Shown here: positions 1 to 14,100 of the stretch, one piece after another | Numbering within the stretch: the stretch's first letter is position 1 | Layout: the number at the start of each line of letters is the position of its first letter | Source of the DNA: Balanoglossus misakiensis | Taxonomy: Eukaryota > Animalia > Hemichordata | Reading direction: 5' to 3' | Length of the DNA: 64,000 nt | NCBI GenBank assembly: GCA_040954595.2 | Contig: CM082577.2 | Coordinates: 2,542,001 to 2,606,000 of the forward strand | Notes under the pieces: generated by a model | The model's input: only the letters and a program-made list of their open reading frames with translations | Database searches by the model: none | What the model was told of the DNA's origin: nothing | Position numbers and translations under genes: made by a program

Positions 1-57
1 TGTTGCAGTTGGACTGATTCTGTTTCTCCGCAACTCAACCCAACTTGTTTGTTTCAG

Positions 58-3000
58 GTTGCCTTGAGTCCTGCTCCCCGTTTGCTGTGTGTGTGGACCC
101 GGCCAACAATCCTAACTGTTCATCGTACGACGTTACACTATGTCAGACGTTGCCACCGAGATTCTACAACGGCGTTCAACCGACGTACGATCTGAAATTC
201 GACGTGGTTGGATACGTCACGGCGACAGAGCCGAGTCATTTCACGCTGACACTCAGTGTGCCTTTAGAAATCTCAGAGAATGATGTCCTGGGTATGCAGT
301 ATCAGAACAAACCTGTGTACTGCCCCGACACAGATGAGACGCGCTACAGTGTTTTGACTCGGACAGAGGCCACGTGGCTGTCAGTCGGAGATTCGCTCAC
401 GAGCTTCAGCAGCTGGGTGGATAATAAAGACTGTTACCTTCACGCTATTTACGCCAAGCCATTGGATTATTTCCCAGTTAATCCCGAGTTTTCAACTCCA
501 AATCTGTCTCCGGGTACCTTCATTTTCAGAGCAGAGGTCAGCAACCAGCACACAACTTTGCAGCAAGAATGCGAAATCCAATTCCAAAACAAGATCAGAG
601 GGTTGACCTTCATTCATCCAGCGTTTCATCCGGAGAAAGTGTCTCAGTTATCGGTGGGCACCTACTACACGACTGCGGACACGACTATCCTCTTCGCAGT
701 GGTCATCACGACGGGCACGGATCCGTCGTCGGAGTGGACGTTTGTCGGGCCGTCTCTGAGCGAGGAGGTGTCGCAGGTAGACTTTGCCAGTTCGTGTCCC
801 GCCGAGCTGATTAACACAGTGCCAGAGTGCGATCCAGTAACCATGCCGTCCACACCCTCCTATGCATTCTACAATAAAACTTACAACCAAACAGGCGACT
901 ACTATGTGAAGGTCGCCGTTCAAAATCTTATAAACACAAGGTATGTCGCCCTGGATATTGGTGTGCAGGATTACATCGAAGGCTTGACTGTCGCGAGAGC
1001 CCCCGCCCTGGCCCTTGCCGGCTACGAACAAGTCTTCACAGCGAACACAACCAAAGGCACATCGGTAACGTACAGCTGGAGTGCGGACAGTTGGCAGAGT
1101 GTGATAGCCATGGACGAGAATCCGCAACTCCGCCACACTTTCTGGGAACCGGGTAACTACACTGTTCTTGTCAATGCTTCCAACGGGCTGAACACAGAAG
1201 TCACCTCGTTGGAGATTTTCCTCCAGGGCATGGCCCCATTAGCAAATCTTTCATTTTTACCAGCGGCTACTCTCACGAGTAGCAGGACTGAAGTTCAGTT
1301 TCAAGTTCAATTTCAAGGAGACCAGTACTATAATGTGACCGTCAGCTGGAACTTTGGCGACGGTTCGTCAGTTTTTGAAGAAGTTTTAACTCCGTCCACT
1401 GGGCCAACCACAGCGTCAGCCTCTCATGTGTTCAACTCTCCCGGGAATTTCTCGTTGAATGTTACAGTCTTCAATAGGTACGACAGCATATCTACACACA
1501 TTGCAGTCGAAGTTGTTGATGCAATAACCGCAGTCGACATCAGCTCGCCAGCTGTGGTGGCCACTGACAATCGGGTCAACTTTGAAGGAATTCTGTCGGG
1601 TAGCAACTCTACTGCACTGTACAACTGGACAGTCGTAGGAGTCAACACGACTGCTTATCACAATGTCGAACACTGGCAACCGGTGTTGTGGTACACATTT
1701 ACAGAGGTCGGCACGTACCTTGTAACTTTGGAAGTTAGTAATCCTGTCAGCAACGCACAGACTTCAAAGACGGTCAAAGTTGAAGAGCCCATCACTGGCC
1801 TGAGTGTAAGTTACAGCACAGGTCCCTATCAGGTCGAAGCTGTGGTTGAAGTCACGGCTACTGTTGACTCCGGCTCGGACATTGTCTACACGTTTGACAC
1901 GGGAACTGAGGACGTGTTTGTGATGAACAGTGGGAAATTCTACTATGTTTATCTAGACACAGGCGATTTCCCGTTTCTCGTTCAAGTCAATAACAGCGTC
2001 AGCCATCTCGAAAGCGAGTTCCAGGTTTCGGTCGTGGAGACATTTTCGCTGAACGACCTCATTATCCCAGAATGCAGTGTAAAAGATACCGTGGTAAACA
2101 TGTCGGCTGTCGTCAGCAGCAATAACTACAACCAGCTTTCTGTCACGTGGGATTTTGGAGATGGTACCACTACCACTCTGCTTGATGGAGGCCAGGAGGT
2201 CTCGCATGTGTACACTTCCGACGGACCGTTCACCGTCACTGTGGAAGTCGAGGATGGTGTGTATCCCTTGCAGCAGCTGTCGGCGGTCGCGTGTGTGGAA
2301 AGCGTGCTAACAGAAGCAGACGTGTCGGTGCAGCACGACACGGTGATCGCGGTCGCCAGCAACGCGGTGTTCACCGTGGCCGTCTCCGGCGGTATTGCCC
2401 ACGATGTGGAATGGATCATCAACGATGAAGTCTTGGCACCTCCACCGTCCGAGAGCCTCACTCACGCCTTCAGCACAGTCGGAGAGCACGCCATCACCGC
2501 GCTCGTGTTCAACCGGGTGAGCAGCATCAATATCACTGTAACCATAGAAACAGAAGAGAGGGTAGAGGGACTTGTGATCAGCATAGAGGGGCTCGGCCAG
2601 TTCTCCGAGGACACCGCAGTTGCGATCTATCTGCAGTCTGGCGTGCGATACAGCTTCAACGCCAGCGTGCTGGCGGGAACTGGAGTCACGTTCCATTGGA
2701 GTTTCGGAGCGGCCAACACCAGTGGAGATTTGGTAGGATTCACCTACCAGGACATCGGAGGCTACGAAATGCAAGTGACCGCCAGCAACCAGGTCAGCTC
2801 ACTAACAAGAACTTTCCCTGTGCTCGTGCTGGAGCCTGTGGCGGGGCTTAGCATCAGCAAGGTGGGCCGAGACTTCGCAGTGGCCAAAGAATTAGCCACT
2901 TTCATGGCGACAGCCCCCCAAGGAAACAACGTGAGTTACTCATGGCTGGTCTGTCCGCCGTGCGACGGAACCACGGCCACCTCTACAGTTGTCAACACAT

Positions 3001-5150
3001 TTACACACAACTTCACAGACTCTGGACATTACACAGTGGCGGTCACGGCCAGCAATCCGTTGAGTCAGGACACATATGAAACGAACGTGACCGTCATAGG
3101 AGAGATTGTCGGCCTGACCATATACAGCGATCTGAAAGACGAAGTCTATGCAATCAAGGACAGCAGTTATCCGTACAATTTCACAGCGAACGTCACCAGT
3201 GGTATTGTCAGCAATAACACATGGACGGTGCAGAAGCATGGTCAGCGACTCTACAGTACATCCGACAGGAATCTTGTGTATGCGTTTGATGAGATCGGCT
3301 CGTACAAAGTGGAAGTGACGGTGGCCAACTTCATCGATGAAGAGACGGAACACATCACGGCCGAAGTCATCGAAGAAATCACTAATGCGGACCTGCACAG
3401 TAACAATACTGGCATCATCGCCGTTGGTGAACCAGTTCTCTACAACGTGACCTACGACACAGGTTCCAACTTGACGTTCCATTGGTCGTTTGAGGCCGGC
3501 CAGGACCTGATGACAGAGGAATCGCACATCGTGTACGTCTACACTAACCCGGGGGACCGGCTGATCTTTGTCACTTGTGTGAATCCCGTCTCCGCGGAAG
3601 GTTTGTATTCCGTGGTCCAGGTCGAAGAAATCATCACTGGCATCTCCATTGTCTTGAGCACGGACACCGGTTACTACGTGCCGGTCAACACTGTGGTGAA
3701 CTACACCTGTGTCACGGAAACTGGGTCCCAAATTCAGTACATGTGGGACTTTCCGGGACCGTACACTTACATCACTCAGACTGTCCCGTACAATTTCAGT
3801 TCTCTGGGGGTTGAGACAGTGGCCGTCAGGGCAGAGAATAGAATAAGCCATGACCAGACTGTGGTTAATGTAACTGTCCAACAACCGATAGCCGGCCTGA
3901 GTCTACAGACAGATGAAGACACTGTGGCAACAGGTACAGAGGTTTTGTTTGTAGCTGAGTACACCCAAGGCTCCGATGTCGTCTTCGTGTGGAGCATCTC
4001 CGAGGACCCTGATTTTCCCATAAGGACTACAAACAACACACTGAAATATACCTTCACGACTGCTGGGCTGTACTTTGTGAACGTCACGGCAGAAAACGGC
4101 CTGGGCGGTGAAACGGACTCTCTGGTCATGTCGGTAGGGGAGGAGATATCGGGACTGTACATCGAGGACTGCTGCGATTCAGCGTATGCAAAGGACGAGG
4201 AGATAACATTCAGCGCAGGCGTTGCGACAGGCACTGAAGTGAAGTATATGTGGATGATAGATGGTCAGCCAAACTCAGGCCAGCAGATCAAGCATGTGTT
4301 TGATGACATCGGTTTGCACACAATCAGGCTGTCAGCTATTAACCTGTTCGGCCGCGAGAACATCACAGAAACCGTGATGGTTGAAGAACGGATTATGAAT
4401 CTGTGGATTGAGACGAGTGGGATCGAAACCATGTACGTTGACTATAACGTGACGTTTACTCTTCATATGGATAGCGGTAGTCATGTTCTTTATACCATAG
4501 ACTACGATGTTTCCGGCATAGAACTAGAGCACAGCACGGATAACGTCTTTGTCCACTCGTACCGCCGTCCTAAAGACTACCAAGTCAAAGCGTACGCCAA
4601 CAACAGTCTCGGGATGGCCTCCGCATCCGTCAACATCACCATCAAACTGCTGCTTTGCCAGGCGCCGACGCTGACCCTGATCGGCTCGTACTGGCGGCAA
4701 ACCCAGAAGTCGGGTGACATCTACGTGGAGTATGACATCAACCTGTACTGGTGCATCATCTACAACACCATCTACCAGTGGAAGGTCTTCAACACCTCAG
4801 ACTGCGACAACCGCCACAACCTGACCCCGATCGACCTGCCCCGCACAGTCAACACCGCCGTGCCGTTGCTGCATCTGCGACCGCACACCCTGGACTATGG
4901 CGAGTACTGCCTGGAGTTCAGCGCCCAGTTCGAAGACACGCCCCTGGCCAGCGTGGATAGTCTCCGACTGACGGTCCTGGCCAGTCCTTTGGTGGCTGTC
5001 ATCTCTGGCGGCAGGATACGCACCACTTCCGTCCAGGATACGCTTATCCTCGACGCCAGTGAGTCGTATGATCCCGATCTGCCAAATGATGAACAGACAG
5101 CATTGGCCGTGGAGTGGATCTGCTCGAGAAATGAAGGCCAGTTACGTCAG
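58..5150 (+). CDS. PKD1: Giant 5093-nt PKD1 exon (PKD repeats + REJ start)
   Basis: Acceptor ttgtttcag|G at 57/58; uninterrupted ORF; donor CAG|gtacgt at 5150/5151. Confidence 0.85.
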
Positions 5151-8100
5151 GTACGTTCTTAAAAGCTGATTCTTTACTATCAATCACATGATCTGGCCAT
5201 GTGACCCAAGAGACCTTCATTAATATGAGAAATGAAAGTCAAACCCTGATTGGTAAAAGTCTACACTCAAATTATATTTTCTTGGAAATGTTAACATTTT
5301 ACCTTTTAGTATTATTTACCTTTTAGTATTTTTGTATATGGTCATATGTACACACACTGTGTATCATTTATAGTAGTTAATTGCAGATCTGCAGAGCATC
5401 ACTCATTAAAGGGAAAATTTGCTCACCAGAATTACAATTATCTACCTTGTATTGAGTTTTGATCGACACTGTACTGGTGTTTGTTTTGCATCGATGTCTG
5501 CACCAATGTTCTAATCATTTCTGTTCAATCTTGTCAGGAATACACCTCTGTAATGATTAAAGTGATATCACCAGTCAGTGTAAGAGGAGTAAGTCGAATC
5601 ATGCATGCAAATGATGCTTTGCTAAATGATGCAGTCTAAATGCCAAATGTTAATAATGAGCATTATGTTCATTTAGTAAATATTAAATGTTAAAAAAGGC
5701 AAGCATCTAGTGATAATCAGCATTGAATGTCAAGAATTAGCATGTGATGTAAAGCAATGACCGTCAAATGCCAAAAAAATGACTATCAACTGTTAAACAT
5801 GGGCACCATTAATGTTATAATAATGAGCAGCAAATGTTAACACTTTGCAGCAAATGTCAAAATTATTGTCAAATGATAATGAGCGCCAAATGTTAGCAGT
5901 GAGATGTTGATAGTGAGTGTCAGATGACACTAAATTGAATTTTAATTATCATCACATACCTATTGCAACCATCGAGATGTCAGATATCAGTAAAGGCAGT
6001 CATACTGTAATAATGTTCGTCAAATGAGCAATGAATGTCAAGTGTTAATCAATAGCTGAGTGATATGTAAAGAAGCCCACAGAAGCAGAGAAGCAAATAT
6101 GCAGTTAAAATAAATTTCAGGCCGAATATATTAATAATCATGGTTCATTTTATTGAGATATCATAGCAATATTTTCCACTAATTTTTTGTTACATATAGA
6201 TTTCAGCAAGTATAAAAATAATTCAGATGATTTGCATTTACTGATATGTTCCTAGAGTGCATGACAAGTTGCATCATCATTTGAATGAAGTTCTTAAAAA
6301 AGTTTTCCAACTTTACTTCTGACTGACCATATTTGTTATGCTTTTTTTGTATTTCAACACAAATAGATAAAAGGTATATTCAAAAACTGTTGTGTTTGCC
6401 CCTTCCGTTGCAGGATTCAGCAGACAACACTGATGGCTGTTTTGATGATGTGAGAACCGATGTGATCTTTGAGATCGAGGCGGGCACATTGGTGGCTGGG
6501 TTCGAGTACGTCTTTGAGCTGCGAGTCAGCAAGCATGACCGGATTTCTGGTACAAGTAAACAAAGGGTATGTTGATGTTTATGTCTGATGTTTACTTTTG
6601 GGTTAGGGCCCTCAACCTTCTTCCAAGCAATACTGAACCCTATACGTCTCAGATTTCTATTAAGCAGACTTAACTCTTTCACCCCTGTTTGGAGTTTTCC
6701 TATTTGGAAGTCAAACTTTGCCATAGGAAACAATGGCTGTAGACCAAAGCAAAGTGGTGAAAGGGTTAAAAGGTCAGGGATGTCTGAAATTTATGTCACT
6801 TCAATTATCTTTGATTCAAGCACGGTAACTTGTGACCGTCATTTAAGTAAGAACTTAAATTCTATTTGATTTTGCATTCAGGTCATCGTGAAAGAACAAA
6901 GCCAGCCGTCAGTGACAATAAGCTGCCGGACTTGTCGCTTTCAACCGACTGTGGCCATCAGCCCGAGCGAACGCGTCTCCATGCGAGGGCGCTGTGGTAA
7001 CTGCCTGAAGACCCACGTCAGATACATGTGGAGCGTCACTCGCGACGACGGGGAGGTACTCGCGTTGAACATGGCCACTACGACTACCGGTGGGAACTCG
7101 TCGAATCTGGTGATTCGCAAAGGAGCAGTGGACAGCGGTCATGGCTACACGTTCATGCTGACGGTCGAAGACGTGTCTAGGTCCAAGTTTTCGGAGCCGG
7201 GCTACGCCGAAATGTACCTGCCGTACAACAATCCGCCGAGCGGGGGAAGTTGCGTCATCGAACCCCAGAAACTCATCGCGCTGGAAGATCTGCTGTCCTT
7301 CAAGTGTGGCAACTGGACCGACGATGACAACGTGGACGAACCGCTGTACTACTCGGTGCTGATTCACCGCGCCGTCGACAGCAGCCTGGAGTCGGAGGCA
7401 TACATGCTGTACTGGGGCACACAGAGGGAGTACAGTGTCATCACACCCGTCGGGTTGGAAAAATACAGCTATGACATCAACGTGAATGTGCTCGTTGAGG
7501 ACAAGTATGGAACGCGGACCATTGGCTTTGAAGGGTAAGTTCTTCAACATTTGAATGCCCACTCGACTGCAATAATCTTTAAGTATAAAACACATGGTGC
7601 ATGATAGAAATTTATCAGTCAAGTGCTTGGGAATGAGGTTTTGAGGATTTTTGCACTAAGAGTTATCACTGTGACACATATTAACAGTGGTCTTAATGTT
7701 TACATTCATTTTTTTTTTTGCACAGAGTTGTGAGAGTCGGGTTACCGGAGATCAAGAATGTTTCCATGTCCCAGTGGCTGTACGAGAGATCCATCGAGGA
7801 ATTGCAGTTCTTCCGGCAGACGAACGACCCGCAGAAAGTCATCGCCTACTCAACGGCCCTGATCACCGTCCTGAACGCGGAGAGCATCAAGAGCAACCTG
7901 ACCGACATCGAATACCGCATCAAGACCCGGCGGAACGTCATCGAGGCCGTCACGGAAATCAAGCTCAGCACGGTGATGCTGGTCCGACAGATCAGTTCCA
8001 CGCTGATTCAGAGCACGGTGAGACCGCCTCCCGAAATCATTGGTCTCATCAATGATAGGCAGTACTCGTCTCAACCTTTTGTTGCGATGACAACACTTTG

Positions 8101-11100
8101 ATGTCTTCTGTGAAAGAAAACATTGTTGAATATGCATATAATGTGTATTTGTAAATTCCATTTTTATATTTCTACCCTTTCTTTTATCTTAGGGTGTCTA
8201 TATTGAGTTCATCCCAACACATACGTTTGAAGCAATCAACACTACTATAGAAAATATGGTTTTTGTGACGGAAGAATCCTTGTTGAGTGGTGACGACCCC
8301 GAAGAAGTCCCGGCAAACTCCATTTTGACCGTCATATCAAACGTCATAGACGCCTTAAATCATTACTCACTTCATGTCGGAGATTTTCAGGGATATGTCG
8401 ATTTTGAGGAAAGCGACCGACAGGAGATGATCTTAACGTTGCTAAAGCAGGCAAATGACCTGTTGACCCTACTTGCACGGTCGAAGGTCGTTCACGAGTC
8501 AGCGGTTCTGGTGGTGTCGCCCGGCATCAGTGGATTGGGTCAGAGGTCGAACAGAGTGACGTTGAATTCTGCGCTGGAGCTGGACGGCTGTAAAGTGGAC
8601 GTACCGCTGGCGTTTTTCAACAGGACTTCGCCCGATGACGAATTACTGGAGGTCATGATCTGCCACCAGGTGAATCCGTACACGTGGGGGATATCATCAG
8701 ACGAACACAACATCACGTCGCAGGTGCAAATGCTAGAGTACAGCTATGAAAACGGCACGGCCATTGTCATCAAAGACACGGACACCCATTTCAAATTCAG
8801 GATGAACAAAGTGGTCCCGTCTCCCAGAGTGGCGGAATTTCTGCTGAGCGACGACTATTCGTCAAACAGCACGTATACGTGCGAACCGACGGACAACATG
8901 CTCTACCAGAACACAGAAGCCACGCCCCTTCAAAGCGCCCTCTTTTCAATGGTGGACTTACACGAGGTCGTGGTCCCAACGTCGATGCACGTTCAGGTTC
9001 GGTTCGCCCGCCTGACAGACATGGAGGAGCCACAGACGACTTCATCAGTGACAGTGTTCTTGGGCAAGACCGAGGAGCCAGACCAAAAGAACCACTATGC
9101 CGCCTTGACCATTGCAGAGGAAGATATGGAAGGCGATCATCGCAACTACACATTCTTCATTTCCCCAAGGTGAGACCCGTTTACCCATCTTCCATACCCT
9201 GGCCAATAAGACATCATTAAGTTAACGTAGAAATCATTGACAATCACTTTTTTTTACTCTATCTCTGCAGTGAATACGACTCCAGCCAAGAATGGTATCT
9301 CACTGTGACCAACAACTACAAGTTCAACATCATCAATATATCAGTGGGCGTGTATTTCGCGAGCTGTGAGTACTTCAACGAGACGGTTGATGACTGGGCA
9401 TACAACGGGTGTCTGCCAACTGAGGAGTCTCAATCTAGCTGTGTGGTGTGCAGCTGTGACCATCTCACATCGTTTGGGAGCTCGTCGGTTTCCCTTGACA
9501 ACGTCCAGTTTGACGGATGGGTAAGAATTTGATGATTTCTATCTCGTTTAATTTCAAGAACACTCAAATATGCCTTTTCAGCTATATATGGGCATATGTA
9601 AATTGATGGTGACTGTATACCTTTAACACATGTCTGAACTTTTGTTGCTGTTTTTTGACAACAGAGGTCCAACACTGATTCAAGTATCATGGCGGTGATC
9701 ACAGTGGCAGTGCTGATTGCGATCTACGCCATTGCGGCCATTGTAGCCCGCTGGAGAGACCGCATTGATCTGTGCCGCGTCGGGGTTATGCCTCTGTGCG
9801 GAAAAGACGGATCGTTTAAATATGAAATTACCATCAAAACAGGAATGAAGAGAGGAGCAGGTGAGTTTTGAAATGGAGAAGATGATGCTAAGATTACTGT
9901 GTGAAATGTGCCTGTTGTTTCAGTATGAATGATAAAATGTAACGTCCCTCATTATAAGCACATAAAGCGTGCCATAAGCTATATGCACGATTAAATTTAC
10001 TGGGTATGTACAGGGACCAAACTGCTGCAGTGCGTAAACCAAACATGTTGATTGGTCAACCTTTTTACCCATAATTCCCCTTTTGTACCAGACTGATTCT
10101 CAGTGTAGTAAACTTTGTGCGTTGCTTCCTCCATCCAGGTACATCGGCCCACGTGGGTATCAACATCTTTGGTGAGGATGGCAGAAGTGGGCGTCGCCAT
10201 CTGAGTAAGGCTGGAGCTTTCGTCAGGAACAGCCTGGATACGTTCCTCATCGCGGCCGACACTCATCTCGGCGACATCTGGAAAATACGCATATGGCACG
10301 ACAACACGGGTCTGAGTCCCAGCTGGTACCTGTCGCGCATCATGGTGCACGACCTGCACACGGACAAGAAGTACTACTTCCTGTGCGGGCAGTGGCTGAC
10401 CCTGCAGAGCGAGGACGGCGTGGTGAAGAAGGACTTCCTGTCGGCCGATGCGGCCCAGCTCTCCAAGTTCTCCACTATCTTCGCGGCGGAGCTCGGTCGT
10501 GGCTTCTCCGAGCGACACATGTGGTTCTCCATGTACGAGAGGCCTCTCCGCAGCCGCTTCACTCGGGTGCAGCGCGTGACCTGCTGCTTCACCCTGGCGC
10601 TACTCTTCTTGAGCCTCTGCGCGCTCTGGTACGGCCAGATCAAGCCACAGACGCAGGTGCTGTGGATAACGTGGGTCGAAGCAGTTGTTGGTCTCACGGC
10701 AGCCTCCGTCGGATTCGTGGTCGTGCTCATCATAGCGCTGATGTTTAAAAACAGGAAATACAAGGTAAATACCGTCAAGTCTTTGCTTTTTTATCGAAAC
10801 AACTTGTCTCGAACCAAAAAACTGCAAACTTGGAAGTTTAAAACTGCAGAGAAAGTGTTCTTGCCAGATAATTACATGTGGCTTTTATCAGTAAGGGGAA
10901 GTGTAACCATCCCATGAAAAGCTTGTGGGATGAATCCATTCTGATCTGAACCATGGTGAAATACTTTTTCCTGTCTTTCTGCAAATACATTTTTTTTCAG
11001 TTTCTTTGATCTACAATGTGTTGACAGGTGATCACAGAGATTTTAACCTCAGTCATTTGTCAATTCTATCAACAGTGCAGGTTACCGTATTCTGTTGTTT

Positions 11101-14100
11101 GTCTGTCCTGCAGGTTTCCTTAGCAGACTACAGCAACAAACCAATGACAGCCCAGACAGTGGAGATGGATGCACTCATCGAAATGTCACAGACAGGAGAT
11201 TCTATGGTTGCGTTTGAAGGACAGGGGTATGTCCTTCCAGGGACTAAAGTAAGTCGACTTTATTTCTTCTTTAAGAAGAAGAAAAAGTTATTTCTTCTTA
11301 CAGAAGAAGAAAAACGCCTTGTATTTCATCTGTATGGTGTAGTCTTTAGTGTGACATTATTCTCAGAAAATGCTGGAATATTCCCATTAAAAGCCACAGT
11401 TTAATCCTGGAAGCTTTCCGGAATGCTTCTGTCCTCTCCATGAAATCCACATCTGAATTGTACATCGTCAAAAAGATGAATTTCTCCTTATTGATATCTA
11501 CTCCTCTCTCCTCCAGAGCGCGTTCATCAAACACTGTGACAGTTTCAGACATCTGCCTCATGGCGAAACAAGAGCAGCACTGGAAGGTTTTGATGACGAC
11601 GATGATGATGACGACGACGATGACGATTTCATGAACAGCTACCAGAACAATAACGTCAAGAAAAATGATCTCGGCTGGCCAATTCCTACAAAGTGCAAGG
11701 TAAAATCAGCTGTAGAAATGATATTGTATTCTATCGTACAATACTTTTCCTTATTTATATTGTATGGAGAGTTCCTTTATGGGTGGCATATTTGTGTACA
11801 TTTAGACTTTGTGTGAATTTTACAGGATATGATGTGTCAAAAATATTACCAAATGACAAACATAGAAATGTAAGTTATATTTTTGGTCAGGAACTGTTGC
11901 ATAAGGGCATATGTTTATAAACCAAAATATGGTATCACTATTCTTGAAATTAATCGTATATTTGTTGTATTTTGTTTTCAGTCTCCAACACTACCAGAAT
12001 TAAGGTAAGATTCATGTGACCATTTGCATTTTTCGCAATGTTCAAAATGTTCTCAGAGTTTGGTTCAAATTAGATTTTAGAAACCGTCACAATAGGGAAA
12101 TCAACACTCAGTAGTGATACCAGTTTTCAAGAGCATGTTTTTTTATTTCTTCTCTGTATGTAGGCCTCTGGAGAAGGGAAAATGGTGGTCCTATGAGAGT
12201 ATTCTAAGTTGGCCAGAGGAACTACCACCGTACGAGGGATCTTGGAGAAGGACCAAGTCACGGACAAGAGTACTGTCAGACCCAAGTGAAATGAGGTTTG
12301 TGGATAAAAGCAAAGCATTTAATAAACTGTGTACAAATGAATACTCCAGTTATTGCATACTTTCTTTGCATGAAAGAATGTTCATTTCAGAGACAGCTTT
12401 GTTAAATAATACATGTAATTATAAAAATGCACCATGTTGATAAAAAATTACTTGTTTCAGAAAACGTAGTGCGAAGCTGAATGGTGGCAGCAAACACAAT
12501 GGGAGTCCAGGTGACGATGTGGATGACCTCATCAACGACATCGATGACTTTTCAACCAAACCACGAGGGAGTAAGCAAACAAAAACCGTGGAGGTCCTCA
12601 GTAAAGATACATTTACTCCGAGAGCTGAGCCTGATTTAACGCACACTAAGTAAGTCAGAACATGGTCAATTTTTTTTTCTGATGTGTTTCAAAACTGACT
12701 TTATGTTGATGGCCTGATATACATGTAGGTACCTATGGAACCAAGTTTTAAAAAAAATCGGCCATGTGTGAATGTGCTTGGGTTCTGTGACTTCTGATCC
12801 TACATGGTTACTACTGGTCATTCTTATTTGCCGATTATTTCATCAACTATTTCATTACGCATGTTTCATTGAATCTTTTATTTATTTTCCACAGACACAA
12901 TTCGGACAACCGAGGAGGCAGTGCAGGGAGCATGAAGTCACATCACCATGACGACGAGACCGTCAGCACAGATGGACACTACACTGCAGTGTCCACAACA
13001 ATGAGTACAATCGAGAGCTCCAAACCTACAACCATCACTGCTGGGAGAGACTGTCAGTGGAGAGGTGGGTCAAACAGAGATAAATGATTAAATTTCAAGC
13101 TTGGTGATGATATAGTCAAGTAAAAAACCTCAAATTCAGAGCTGAATTACGGTCAAACCTCTGTTCGTGGCCACCTTTATATAGTGACCACTTTGTTCCG
13201 GTCCCTGTGCAATTAACATTGACATTAATTGACCTGAATATAAAGGTCACCTGTCTATAGAGGACAGTTTAGGAAAGTCCCTTGACAGGCCACTATAGAC
13301 AGGTTCGACTGTACATGAAAAACATCATTTTTGCCCTCAAAAACTCCTGGAGTGTCACTGGAAAAACTCCGTGAAAGTCCTGGAATTGTGAACGACTTTG
13401 AATGTTTGTATAAGCAATTCATAGCAAATGCCCAAACTGTTAATAATGATATATAAATACATATAATATAAAAAAGCATCTGAAATGGGCTTTTTCTTTC
13501 ATTCCAGAACGGGAACTATCCAGGACACATCTGCGGAGTAACACAGGAACCAGGAGGAAACGTAATAGACGGAAGTGTTATCTACCGTCCTGCTTTGTGT
13601 ACATCAATTATTGCATCTGCTTCATTCTGTGTGTTGGTTCATTTGGAGTGGTCGTGTATTATGGCTCCCGTTTCAACACCAACCAGGCTGCTCAGTGGAT
13701 GGTGGCTGTTTGCCTGGCCTTTGTATCATCTATATTTATTCTCGAACCCCTGAAGGTGAGAATTGTCATTCTAGGGTGACGTTTGGTTGTTGTATATGAT
13801 CTCAGCGTTTTACTGCTGCTGAAGGGAGAACTCAACCACTTTACATCTCACATTTGTGTGTCCAGTATTAACCAATATCGCATTTTCCTGTCCTGATCAG
13901 GTCTTCTTGATCGCCGTCTTCCGAGCGCTCCTGCGCAAACCGCTGGACGACTATGACGGCGACGACATCATCGAGGAGCAGATCGTCCAGAACTTGCACG
14001 GTCCAAACCACAGCATCAAACCTCCCGCGGGATACGCCCTGATCCAAGCCAAGGAGGAAGCCCGTAAGATTTCGGTCATGTACTCACTGCTTTGGCAGTT

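Noticed and set aside
569-4960. Antisense and alternate-frame ORFs overlapping the large PKD1 exon
   Set aside because: Shadow ORFs expected from codon bias; no recognisable domains.
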